Assembly (NCBI GenBank): GCA_964406735.1
Contig: CAYOSU010000001.1
Location: 109,924-173,923 of the forward strand
Origin: an uncultured Clostridia bacterium
Lineage (GTDB): Bacteria > Bacillota > Clostridia > Christensenellales > CAMQZB01
Direction of reading: 5' to 3'
Length of the DNA: 64,000 nt
Both the position numbers and the translations under genes were made by a program. The notes beneath the pieces are model-generated. The model saw only the letters and a program-made list of their open reading frames with translations, did no database searches and had not been told where the DNA came from. Within the stretch, counting starts at the first letter, position 1. Every line of letters begins with the position of its first letter. Below are positions 9,199-17,437 of this stretch, piece by piece.

Positions 9199-10077
9199 TT
9201 ATCTGTGGTCTCCAAGGCAGAATGCTGCGATAGTGCCGGGGCCTGAATGTGCGCCGATGACGGGGTCGATGTATTGGAACATAAATTCCTTGACCTTGAC
9301 TTTAGAGGCTATTCTGTCTGCAAGTATGTGTGCGTCGTCTATGCAATCTCCGTGTCCGATAATGACAAGTTGCTCTTCAGGATGCTGATCTTTTATTCTT
9401 TCGCAGATGTTGTCTGCGATCTCAAAGAGAGATTTCTTTCTGCCGATAACGTTTTTGATGCCAACGAGCTTGCCCTCGTCGTTCGTGAACATAAGGGGCT
9501 TGATCTTAGCCATATTAGCGATAATAAAGCTTGCCTTGCTCACTCTGCCGCCCTTAAAAAGCCAACGCAAGTCGTCGACGGAGAAATAATGGCAAACACG
9601 CATTTTATTGGATTCGGCCCATTCTGCGACCTCCTCCAACGATTTGCCCTCCAAACGCATCTTTGCGATGTACATAACGAAAAGTCCTTCGCCTATAGAG
9701 GCACAAAGCGAGTCGACAACGACGATCTTTCTATCGGGATACTTCGCTTGAAGCTCGTTTACCGCAGCCTTGCTGCACTCGTACGTCTGCGATAAAGCGG
9801 ACGAAAATGCGATATAAAGAACGTCGTTTCCCTTAACAAGTTCTTTTTCAAACTCTTCGACGAACGTTGCGGTGTTTATGCAGGAAGTAGAGATGTTTTT
9901 CTCTTCACGAAGAAGCTGATAGATCTTCTTATAGCCCTCTTCGTTGTTCAATTTTTCGGCGGAGACAGCCTCGCCGCCCTCGATGATCATCGTCATCGGG
10001 ATGACTTTAAGTTGAAATTCTTCGATCTTTTCCTTTGGAAGATTGCAGCACGAATCCGTAAAAAGTGCGTATGACAT
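9199..10077 (-). CDS. degV: DegV family fatty-acid-binding protein
   Basis: The start MSYALFTDSCCNLP is preceded by AGGAGCAATTATATA. The protein has DegV-like length and N-terminus, and contains SSALSQTY. Confidence 0.8.
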   Translation of the reverse strand: MSYALFTDSCCNLPKEKIEEFQLKVIPMTMIIEGGEAVSAEKLNNEEGYKKIYQLLREEKNISTSCINTATFVEEFEKELVKGNDVLYIAFSSALSQTYECSKAAVNELQAKYPDRKIVVVDSLCASIGEGLFVMYIAKMRLEGKSLEEVAEWAESNKMRVCHYFSVDDLRWLFKGGRVSKASFIIANMAKIKPLMFTNDEGKLVGIKNVIGRKKSLFEIADNICERIKDQHPEEQLVIIGHGDCIDDAHILADRIASKVKVKEFMFQYIDPVIGAHSGPGTIAAFCLGDHR

Positions 10078-10230
10078 TATATAATTGCTCCTAAAAGTGA
10101 AATTATTTCTGCGGCGAAACGTCGGCATTCAGAGTTGACTGTTATAAAGACTTAAAAAGCCTTGACCCTACGAGCGTTGAATGAAGTATCCTCATTCAGG
10201 CGTTGCCTTTCGTTCGCCCTTTGCGATTTT

Positions 10231-10260
10231 ATTCTATGCCCAAACGGGGGAAATAATCAA
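10231..10260 (-). promoter_or_regulatory. Putative sigma-A promoter of degV
   Basis: Minus strand TTGATT (10260-10255), an 18-nt spacer, then TAGAAT (10236-10231). Confidence 0.45.
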
Positions 10261-10281
10261 CCTACTCCGTAGCAAATGCGT

Positions 10282-10337
10282 TCTACTCAAAAAATCGGTC
10301 GAGTAGAGTTCTAGAAAACCGCTCTACTCAGAGTAGA
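10282..10337. promoter_or_regulatory. Array of TCTACTC / GAGTAGA inverted repeats (candidate operator)
   Basis: TCTACTC at 10282-10288 and 10323-10329; GAGTAGA at 10301-10307 and 10331-10337. The second pair is a perfect palindrome, TCTACTC-A-GAGTAGA. The array lies between two divergent -35 boxes. Confidence 0.5.
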
Positions 10338-10341
10338 ATGG

Positions 10342-10370
10342 TTGATTTTTGCCTGATTTTACTATATAAT
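10342..10370 (+). promoter_or_regulatory. Putative sigma-A promoter of the XRE-type regulator gene
   Basis: TTGATT (10342-10347), a 17-nt spacer, then TATAAT (10365-10370). Confidence 0.55.
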
Positions 10371-10506
10371 AGCCCTATAAAGCAGTCGGCGAACAGTTCG
10401 CCAAAACAAAAAGTTAAGTAAAAGCAGTTTACGAAAACCTTTGCCTTTTACAAGGGCTATTGCGAGATAGATCGCAATCAAAAAAACAGTTGCATGGAAA
10501 ATAGAA

Positions 10507-11133
10507 ATGCTTGAAGAAGATTTAAGAAAACGCGTTGCGGAAAATTTAACGCATTACAGAAAATTATCGGGACTTACGCAAGGTCAGCTTGCCGAGGCAC
10601 TCAACTATTCCGACAAATCCGTGTCAAAGTGGGAGCGAGGAGAGGGGCTCCCCGATCTTGTTGTAATGATGAAGCTTGCCGAGATATACAACATCTCGCT
10701 CAATGACCTCGTCGCCGATAAGCCCAAAAAGCGCATACCCGACATGCGCAGGCAAAAAATACTTATCACCTTGCTGTCGGTAGGAATCGTATGGCTCGTT
10801 GCGGTAACGCTGTTCGTATTACTGCCGCTGATATTCCCCGACTTCAAACGAGCGTACCTGTTTTACATATACGCAATACCTGTAACGGCGATAGTCGTGC
10901 TGGTGTTCTCAAGCGTATGGGGCAACAGAATAGTGTGGTTTGCATCGACGACGGTGCTATGCTGGGGAATAATACTCTCCGTTTATATCACCTTCATAGA
11001 ACAAAACATCTGGACTCTGTTTTTGATAGGAATTCCTATGCAAGCGCTCATCATCATGTGGTTTTTCTTCAGGAGCGTCTTCGTGCGCGTACGAGATAGG
11101 CTGAATAAGCTTGGAGAAAAGGAAGAAAAATAA
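10507..11133 (+). CDS. XRE-family HTH regulator fused to a C-terminal multi-pass membrane domain
   Basis: The N-terminal Cro/C1-type HTH is LTQGQLAEALNYSDKSVSKWERGEGLPD. About four hydrophobic helices follow. Confidence 0.75.
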   Translation: MLEEDLRKRVAENLTHYRKLSGLTQGQLAEALNYSDKSVSKWERGEGLPDLVVMMKLAEIYNISLNDLVADKPKKRIPDMRRQKILITLLSVGIVWLVAVTLFVLLPLIFPDFKRAYLFYIYAIPVTAIVVLVFSSVWGNRIVWFASTTVLCWGIILSVYITFIEQNIWTLFLIGIPMQALIIMWFFFRSVFVRVRDRLNKLGEKEEK

Positions 11134-11154
11134 CAATAAATTGCAACAAAAGAT

Positions 11155-11196
11155 AAACGCCTACGAGGCGGAAAAGCCGACGCAGGCGTTTTTTTA
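11155..11196 (+). terminator. Intrinsic terminator
   Basis: AAACGCCT ... AGGCGTTT stem followed by a T-run. Confidence 0.65.
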
Positions 11197-11290
11197 TTAA
11201 CTAAATTAATATCATAGGCGTCTATTGAAATATACGATGGTATCATTTTTTTTGAGCGGCGGTTTTAACGACCGCAAAAAAGTTTTTTGC

Positions 11291-11319
11291 AAAAATAAAA
11301 CCCGCCTTGTTCAGGCGGG
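11291..11319 (-). terminator. Intrinsic terminator of the candidate sRNA
   Basis: The minus strand reads CCCGCC-TGAACAA-GGCGGG followed by TTTTATTTTT. Confidence 0.75.
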
Positions 11320-11521
11320 GACTACGATTACCTATTCAGTTGTTTCGGCAAAGTCTTGAAAACTCAATTACTATTTGCAGAAACTCTTACTGCGACAATT
11401 TTTTCAAGCACCTTACCTACCGACAAAATGTTGCGTGTTCATCGGTGGATACCTCCTTGGAAAGTATTTAGTCCGTGCCCTTTCAGGCGATCTTATTTCA
11501 TCGGACCGTACCTCCTTGTTC
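11293..11521 (-). ncRNA. Candidate structured small RNA (~230 nt) of unrecognised class
   Basis: It is bounded by a near-consensus promoter and a clean terminator and has no plausible ORF. It contains a duplicated 22-nt module CAAGGAGGTA-N4-CCGATGAA and three hairpins. Confidence 0.45.
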
Positions 11522-11527
11522 ACTTAC

Positions 11528-11555
11528 AGTATAGCATAGATATTCAAAAAGTCAA
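11528..11555 (-). promoter_or_regulatory. Putative sigma-A promoter of the candidate sRNA
   Basis: Minus strand TTGACT (11555-11550), a 16-nt spacer, then TATACT (11533-11528). Confidence 0.55.
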
Positions 11556-11597
11556 TACCTTTTTTAAAATTCACATATTTATGCGAATTACTGTAGA

Positions 11598-12370
11598 TTA
11601 TTTTGTATAACCTATTATTTCTGTAGAAACAGTTTTTATGATTTCTTCAGGGATATCGGAAATTTTTATTGTGTATGATTTATTTAGGCGTGGATTAAAA
11701 ATGCCTAAGTATTTTATGTTATTAAATTCTTTGTATATAGAGTGCTTTCCCATTAAATAATAGATTAATAGTTGTAATGTGTGTTTGTTTGTTGGTGGGT
11801 TTTTAGATACTTTAATATCAAATAAAGTATCTTTAGATAAATAATCGCCGTCGCCTTTATCGATTACGGCTGTATAACCACCTTCAAAAGTGAACCCCGA
11901 TTTGATAATTGTTGTTGTATTTAAGAAGGCAACAGATCTATTAACCATTATTTTAATGTTTTCGATTGTTTCTTTGTTAAGTGTTATTAATGAGACTGGC
12001 ATAAAACTAGATACCCCTGCACGGTAACAGACATCAAAGCCTGAAAGTCTACACGCGCTGTCAATTGATATATCGTCTAAACCATTGATAGAAGTCAAAA
12101 GGTATAATACTTGGCTAAAATTAGGAATTGCATGTTCCATCAATGCGATTTTAGCCCCTTTAAGTGAGATGTCGAAAGCTTCTTCTACGGGTGTTCCTAA
12201 CATAAATCTTGTCAAATAGTCGACAGCCATTCCAACAATATTTGCAGTTGTAGATTCTTTTGGGGTTAATTCATATTCATCGAAAAACTGTTTTTCTAAT
12301 AATTGTTTGGGATTAATGTACCCCCCCTCGGTTGTTTGATTTGGTTAATTCTCTGAGTTACAGATGCCAT
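11598..12370 (-). pseudogene. RecB/Cas4-like PD-(D/E)xK nuclease gene interrupted by a frameshift at a G7 tract (phase-variable, recoded or decayed)
   Basis: GGAGG + ATG (12370) opens a 24-codon frame that ends just after the C7/G7 run at 12321-12327. The 210-aa track ORF continues in the -1 frame. Ordered motifs are GMAVDYL, IDKGDGDYL, LFDIKVSK and QLLIYY. The segment is visibly AT-rich. Confidence 0.6.
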
Positions 12371-12390
12371 AAATGTACCTCCAATTTATT

Positions 12391-13734
12391 TTATTTCCCA
12401 AGGCAGAGCTTGGAGAAAATCGTGTCGATGATATGTTCCGTTGCAGTCGTACCTGTTATTTCGCCGTACTTTTCCCAGGCGGTTCTTATATCGATAATAA
12501 GGCAGTCTGCCAGATTGTCTTCAATGCCTGAAAGTGCACTTTTGATAGCTGCCAACGCTTCTTGCAGAGCGATAAGCTGTCTTTTCGAGGATATGACTGC
12601 GCTTTCTGTCGAAAGCAGGTCTCCTGCACCAGAAAGAGAATAAAGCCGTTCCTTCAACTCGTCGATATGCTCGTTGTTTTTCGCCGATACGTTTACGACA
12701 TCATACGACTCAAATTTATCGCAAAGCTTGTCTTCGAGGTCGGTCTTATTTTTGACAACGATTACGTGCTTTTCATCGAGGCTTTTGAGTATCTCCTCGT
12801 CTTCGGGGGAAAGCTCCTCGCTAGAATCGAACACTGCAAGGACGATGTCGGCAGTTTCGAGCGTGTTTTTCGCAATATTTACACCTATCTTCTCAATGGT
12901 GTCCTCAGTCTCTCTTATTCCTGCGGTATCGAAGAAATTAAAGGTAATACCCTTGTAGTTGTATGACGAAGTAAGTACGTCTCTCGTCGTGCCTGCAATG
13001 TTGGTTACGATCGCTCTGTCAAAGCCCAAAATAGCGTTCAGAAGCGAGCTTTTGCCTACGTTTGGCTTTCCTACTATCGCTACCGATATTCCGTTTTTAA
13101 CGGCACTTCCAAGCGAATATGTCGATATGAGCCGTTTGAGAGTGTCCCTTTGGCTTTTCAGCGTGTCGGTAACTTCCGGTACGTTGACTGCCGGCATATC
13201 CTCTTCAGGGTAGTCGAACGACGCCTCTACGTACGCTATAACGGTCTCAAGCTCTTCCTGGAGCTTAGTCGTAACGGTAGCGATCTCACCCTTGAATTGC
13301 GAATATGCAAGCCTTTCTGCGGCGATCGATTCGGCGTTTATCATGTCTGCCATCCCCTCGACGCTCGTCAAGTCCATTTTGCCGTTCAAGAACGCACGGC
13401 GAGAGAACTCTCCGTTCGTTGCAAGCCTTGCGCCCTTTGAGATGCACTCCGAGAGTACGTTTTCGACGATAACTCTGCCGCCGTGGCATTGAAATTCCAC
13501 GACGTCCTCACCTGTAAAGCTTCTCGGCGCTTTGAAATAAACGCAAAGCGCTTTGTCTTTAAGCTCCGCCGTCGTTACCGTTCCAAGGTACATAACGTTC
13601 GGCTTTTTGTTCGTTTCTCTGCACGAGAAAATAGCGTCGGCGATGTCAAACGCTTTGTCTCCCGACAGTCTGACTATGCCTACCGCACCTAAGCCTTGCG
13701 GCGTTGAAATTGCTACTATCGTATCGTTTGTCAT
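12391..13734 (-). CDS. mnmE: tRNA modification GTPase MnmE
   Basis: 447 aa with G-domain motifs GKPNVGKSSLLN, DTAGIRET and NKTDL, and a C-terminal CLGK. Confidence 0.95.
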   Translation of the reverse strand: MTNDTIVAISTPQGLGAVGIVRLSGDKAFDIADAIFSCRETNKKPNVMYLGTVTTAELKDKALCVYFKAPRSFTGEDVVEFQCHGGRVIVENVLSECISKGARLATNGEFSRRAFLNGKMDLTSVEGMADMINAESIAAERLAYSQFKGEIATVTTKLQEELETVIAYVEASFDYPEEDMPAVNVPEVTDTLKSQRDTLKRLISTYSLGSAVKNGISVAIVGKPNVGKSSLLNAILGFDRAIVTNIAGTTRDVLTSSYNYKGITFNFFDTAGIRETEDTIEKIGVNIAKNTLETADIVLAVFDSSEELSPEDEEILKSLDEKHVIVVKNKTDLEDKLCDKFESYDVVNVSAKNNEHIDELKERLYSLSGAGDLLSTESAVISSKRQLIALQEALAAIKSALSGIEDNLADCLIIDIRTAWEKYGEITGTTATEHIIDTIFSKLCLGK

Positions 13735-13737
13735 GGT

Positions 13738-15597
13738 CTATCCTTTTAGATACAGCATCAAGACGGTAATATCCGCAGGAGAGACTCCCGAGATCCTTGA
13801 TGCCTGCCCGAGATTTGACGGACGTATTTTGTCAAGCTTTTGCCTTGCTTCAAGGCGAAGCCCAAGTATGCTGTGGTAATCTATATCGCTCGGTAAAACT
13901 TTGTCCTCGAGCTTTTTGGCCTTCTCGATCTCGAGCGCCTCTTTGGCGAGATAGCCGTCGTACTTAACGAGCGCCTGTGCTCTTTCGAGATTGAGCTTAG
14001 AGACGTTTTTGAGTATTCCAAATCGCTTTTGCAGTGCCTCTGCCGTAACGGACGGACGTTTAAGCAGGTTTTCAAACGTCGAACCGTTTTCTACGTCGCT
14101 TTCGCCGATTTCGCTAAGGTATTCGTTGACGAGCTTAGGCGAAACGCCCGTTTTCAGCTCTTTAAGCGCATCCTCGAGTTCTTTTTTGGAGGCGAGGAAC
14201 TTTTCCCACCTGTCATCTTTGACTAAGCCTACGCTTCTTCCTATCGGAGTAAGACGGAGGTCTGCGTTGTCTTGGCGAAGATTTAGCCTGTGCTCCGCTC
14301 TTGCCGTCATCATACGGTACGGCTCGTTCGTGCCCTTAGTAACGAGATCGTCGACTAAAACTCCGATATACGAGTTGTCGCGCGTCAAAATGATAGGTTC
14401 TTTGCCTTGAATTTTAAGCGTTGCGTTTATTCCGGCAAGAATCCCCTGTGCCGCCGCCTCTTCGTACCCGGAAGAGCCGTTTATCTGCCCTGCGGAGAAG
14501 ACTCCTTCAAGCACCTTTGATTCGAGCGTGAGCTTAAGATCCTGAGGATCGATGCAGTCGTATTCTATTGCGTACGCATATTTGACGATCTCGATATTCT
14601 CAAAGCCCTCTATCGAGCGGTACATCAGCTCTTGAACGTCCTTTGGCATAGAACTGCTCATGCCTTGAACGTAGATAAGATCGGAGTCCTTTGAAAGCGG
14701 TTCTAAGAATATCTGATGTCTGTCTCTTGCGGGGAATCTTACAACCTTGTCTTCGATCGACGGACAGTATCTCGGACCTACGCCTTTTATCATACCTGCG
14801 TAAAGTGGCGAGCGGTCGAGGTTTGCTCGAATTATCTCGTGCGTTTTTGTGTTTGTATAACCGAGATAGCAAGGTATTTGCTCGTCGAGATAAAAATCGT
14901 CCATAAATGAGAACGGAAGAACGCAACCGTCCCCGTCCTCACGAGAGAATTTCGAGTAGTCGATAGAGTCCTTTCTGACTCTGGCAGGCGTTCCCGTCTT
15001 AAATCGTCTTATGTTGAATCCTGCCTCTATGAGGCTGTTGGTAAGCTCGTCTGCGCCCGAAAAATCCGACGGACCGCCGATCCGTTTCTCGTCGCCTATT
15101 ATAGTCGAACTGTTGAGATATACTCCGCACGCAAGCACGACGCAAGAAGACTCGTATCGCTTGCCGCTTTTGACCTCAACGCCGTAGACTTTGCCGTCGT
15201 CGTATAATAACTTAGTAGCCTCGTCCTCGAAAACGGAAAGCCCCTCTGTGTGTTCGACGACGTATTGCATGCGTTCGTGATAAGCGTTCATGTCGGACTG
15301 CGCACGTAGCGACTGCACCGCCGCCCCTTTGCCACGGTTAAGCATTTTGATCTGGAGCATTGTGGCGTCTGCGTTTATTCCCATTTCTCCGCCGAGAGCG
15401 TCAATCTCTCTCACCAAGTGTCCCTTGCCCGTTCCTCCTATCGAGGGGTTACAGGGCATATATCCGATAGCCCTTTTATCAAGGACGAGAAGAAGAGTCT
15501 TAGCACCCATTCTTGCCGCGGCGAGAGCTGCTTCGCAGCCTGCGTGCCCCGCACCTATCACTATTATGTCGAATTTTTCGTCAAAAGCGTTTGTCAT
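13738..15597 (-). CDS. mnmG: tRNA uridine 5-carboxymethylaminomethyl modification enzyme MnmG (GidA)
   Basis: 619 aa with N-terminal FAD motif DIIVIGAGHAGCEAA, and GidA-like throughout. Confidence 0.95.
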   Translation of the reverse strand: MTNAFDEKFDIIVIGAGHAGCEAALAAARMGAKTLLLVLDKRAIGYMPCNPSIGGTGKGHLVREIDALGGEMGINADATMLQIKMLNRGKGAAVQSLRAQSDMNAYHERMQYVVEHTEGLSVFEDEATKLLYDDGKVYGVEVKSGKRYESSCVVLACGVYLNSSTIIGDEKRIGGPSDFSGADELTNSLIEAGFNIRRFKTGTPARVRKDSIDYSKFSREDGDGCVLPFSFMDDFYLDEQIPCYLGYTNTKTHEIIRANLDRSPLYAGMIKGVGPRYCPSIEDKVVRFPARDRHQIFLEPLSKDSDLIYVQGMSSSMPKDVQELMYRSIEGFENIEIVKYAYAIEYDCIDPQDLKLTLESKVLEGVFSAGQINGSSGYEEAAAQGILAGINATLKIQGKEPIILTRDNSYIGVLVDDLVTKGTNEPYRMMTARAEHRLNLRQDNADLRLTPIGRSVGLVKDDRWEKFLASKKELEDALKELKTGVSPKLVNEYLSEIGESDVENGSTFENLLKRPSVTAEALQKRFGILKNVSKLNLERAQALVKYDGYLAKEALEIEKAKKLEDKVLPSDIDYHSILGLRLEARQKLDKIRPSNLGQASRISGVSPADITVLMLYLKG

Positions 15598-15762
15598 ATT
15601 GCTAATTTTAGCACAAATTGCACAAAATGAAAAGGATATGAACGGTTTATCTCGTTTAAGAATAATTTTATTTAAAAGGAAAGGACGTGAAGTCGTGCGT
15701 TTATATCGATTGACAATAAAAAGCGAAAAGTGCTATAACAAAAATATAACGGAGGAAATATT

Positions 15763-16401
15763 ATGACAAGAAAAGAATTAAGAGAAAGAGCGAGAAAACA
15801 GCTCGACGGTAATTGGGGCGATCTGATACTTGCGAACCTCGTTTTTGCAATAATAACAAGCATAACGGAGTCCTTGTTGGTAGGAATCGTTCTCTACGGC
15901 TCGATGATGGTAGGCTTTGCGATATATAACGTCCGCTTCGTTCGCTTCGGTGAAAAGAAACTTGAAAGTCTGTTCTCAGGCTTTTCGGATTTTGGCTCGA
16001 CGTTCGTACTCGGACTTTTGCATCAGTTGTTCGTATTTCTTTGGTCGCTTTTGTTGGTAGTTCCGGGAATAATTATGAGCTACGCTTACTCTGCGTGCTA
16101 CTATATCAAGCAGGCGTGCCCCGAAATGGACGCTATGGACTGCCTGAATAAGTCCAAGGAGATAATGAAAGGGCACAAGTGGGAGCTTTTCGTGCTCGAA
16201 CTTTCCTTTATCGGCTGGGGAATACTTTGCATCTTCACGTTTGGTATAGGATATCTTTGGCTTGTGCCTTATATCAACGTAACCAAAGCAAACTATTTTG
16301 TTGACCTTCTCCGCAATGAGGGAATAATGGAAAACCCCGAAGAGAATAAGAATAGCGAGGACGAAATAGTAGTAGACCTTCCCGAGGGTGATAACGAATA
16401 A
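15763..16401 (+). CDS. DUF975-family integral membrane protein
   Basis: 212 aa with the typical N-terminus RERARKQLDGNWG followed by several TM segments. Confidence 0.65.
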   Translation: MTRKELRERARKQLDGNWGDLILANLVFAIITSITESLLVGIVLYGSMMVGFAIYNVRFVRFGEKKLESLFSGFSDFGSTFVLGLLHQLFVFLWSLLLVVPGIIMSYAYSACYYIKQACPEMDAMDCLNKSKEIMKGHKWELFVLELSFIGWGILCIFTFGIGYLWLVPYINVTKANYFVDLLRNEGIMENPEENKNSEDEIVVDLPEGDNE

Positions 16402-16415
16402 ATAAAGAAAAAATC

Positions 16416-16443
16416 AAAGCGGAGCGATTGCTTCGCTTTTTTT
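16416..16443 (+). terminator. Intrinsic terminator
   Basis: AAAGCGGAGC-GATT-GCTTCGCTTT followed by a T-run. Confidence 0.7.
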
Positions 16444-16498
16444 GCGCCCGAAACGGCTTTTCCGCATACTTTCAAATTGTCGTTAATAAAAATATACC

Positions 16499-17158
16499 GT
16501 GGCAAGAGGACGGATAAAAAAGGGAATAATAGCGGCATTCGTATGCGTTTTTGTGGTGGCTTTTTCAGCTATATATTACGCCCTCGTAATGCTTCCGATA
16601 ATACGCTCCGTCGCAACGTCAACGATAAGGTCGCTTGCAACGAGTGCGGTAAACAATGCTGTTTTTTATGCATTGACGGAGAAAACGGACTATAACGACC
16701 TCGTAACTGTGTATTCCGACAACTTCGGCAAGATAAATATGATAGCGGCAGACTCCGTCAAAATAAACGCTTTGGCACGTGAAACGAGCAAGTTCAGTCA
16801 GGATTATATAAACAAGATAGGAAGTGCAGGTATAGACGTCCCGATGGGCTCTCTTACGGGCTTTGAACTTATAGTTGGTCAAGGTCCGCTCGTACATTTC
16901 AAGACGGTGCCCGTAGGAACGGTCAACGCCGACTTTTATTCGGAGTTTACCTCATCGGGAATAAATCAGACGAGGCATAGGATATACATCGTCGTAGAGG
17001 CTACTATCGACGTGATATTGCCGATATACGACGAAAAAATAGTAACAAACACGCAGGTGCTCGTCTCCGAGAGCATCATCGTAGGCGAAGTCCCCGATAC
17101 CTATCTCAAATTAAACGGCGACGAAGCGTATGAATTGTTGCCAAATAGCTTGACTTGA
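16499..17158 (+). CDS. yunB: Sporulation protein YunB
   Basis: 219 aa with a GTG start and an N-terminal TM. The C-terminal block INQTRHRIYIVVEATIDVILP...VLVSESIIVGEVP resembles YunB. Confidence 0.7.
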   Translation: MARGRIKKGIIAAFVCVFVVAFSAIYYALVMLPIIRSVATSTIRSLATSAVNNAVFYALTEKTDYNDLVTVYSDNFGKINMIAADSVKINALARETSKFSQDYINKIGSAGIDVPMGSLTGFELIVGQGPLVHFKTVPVGTVNADFYSEFTSSGINQTRHRIYIVVEATIDVILPIYDEKIVTNTQVLVSESIIVGEVPDTYLKLNGDEAYELLPNSLT

Positions 17159-17184
17159 AAAGCGTAATTGATATAAAATGTACA

Positions 17185-17418
17185 CAAATAAAGGCTATGA
17201 CGAAGACAGACGGGAAATATAAGGCACACAGAGAGAGGGCGGCAGCTGAAAGGCCCTTTACCAAAAATTCCGTTGTTTCACTTCCGAGCTTCGCTCCGAA
17301 AGCAAAGTAGGCGGCGACGGGCATGCCCGTAATAGCGGAAAATAAGTCTGAGCGTTAGCTTGGAGAATATAGGTGGTACAGCGTAAACTTCGACGCCCTA
17401 TAAGCGACGGAGTTTTTT
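17185..17418 (+). promoter_or_regulatory. T-box riboswitch leader (Phe) controlling pheS-pheT
   Basis: The T-box sequence AGGTGGTACAGCG lies at 17371-17383, with an AGAGAG box near 17230. The terminator CTTCGACGC...GCGACGGAG + T6 ends at 17418. UUC codons are present in the stem I region. A putative promoter is TTGACT at 17150-17155 with TAAAAT at 17174-17179. Confidence 0.85.
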
Positions 17419-17437
17419 ATTATTTTAAGGAGCTTTT

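Noticed and set aside
11243-11286. T8 - hairpin (GCGG...CCGC) - A6 element considered as a bidirectional terminator
   Set aside because: The T-run is upstream and the A-run downstream, so neither strand gets a U-tract after the stem. It may simply extend into a longer A/T-closed hairpin, and no function can be supported.
11356-11610. 84-aa plus-strand ORF across the candidate sRNA locus
   Set aside because: It has a TTG start without an SD and an odd composition. It runs antisense to a promoter-terminator unit and into the 3' end of the nuclease gene.
17106-17324. 72-aa minus-strand ORF
   Set aside because: It overlaps the end of yunB and the pheS T-box leader. The region is explained by the riboswitch.
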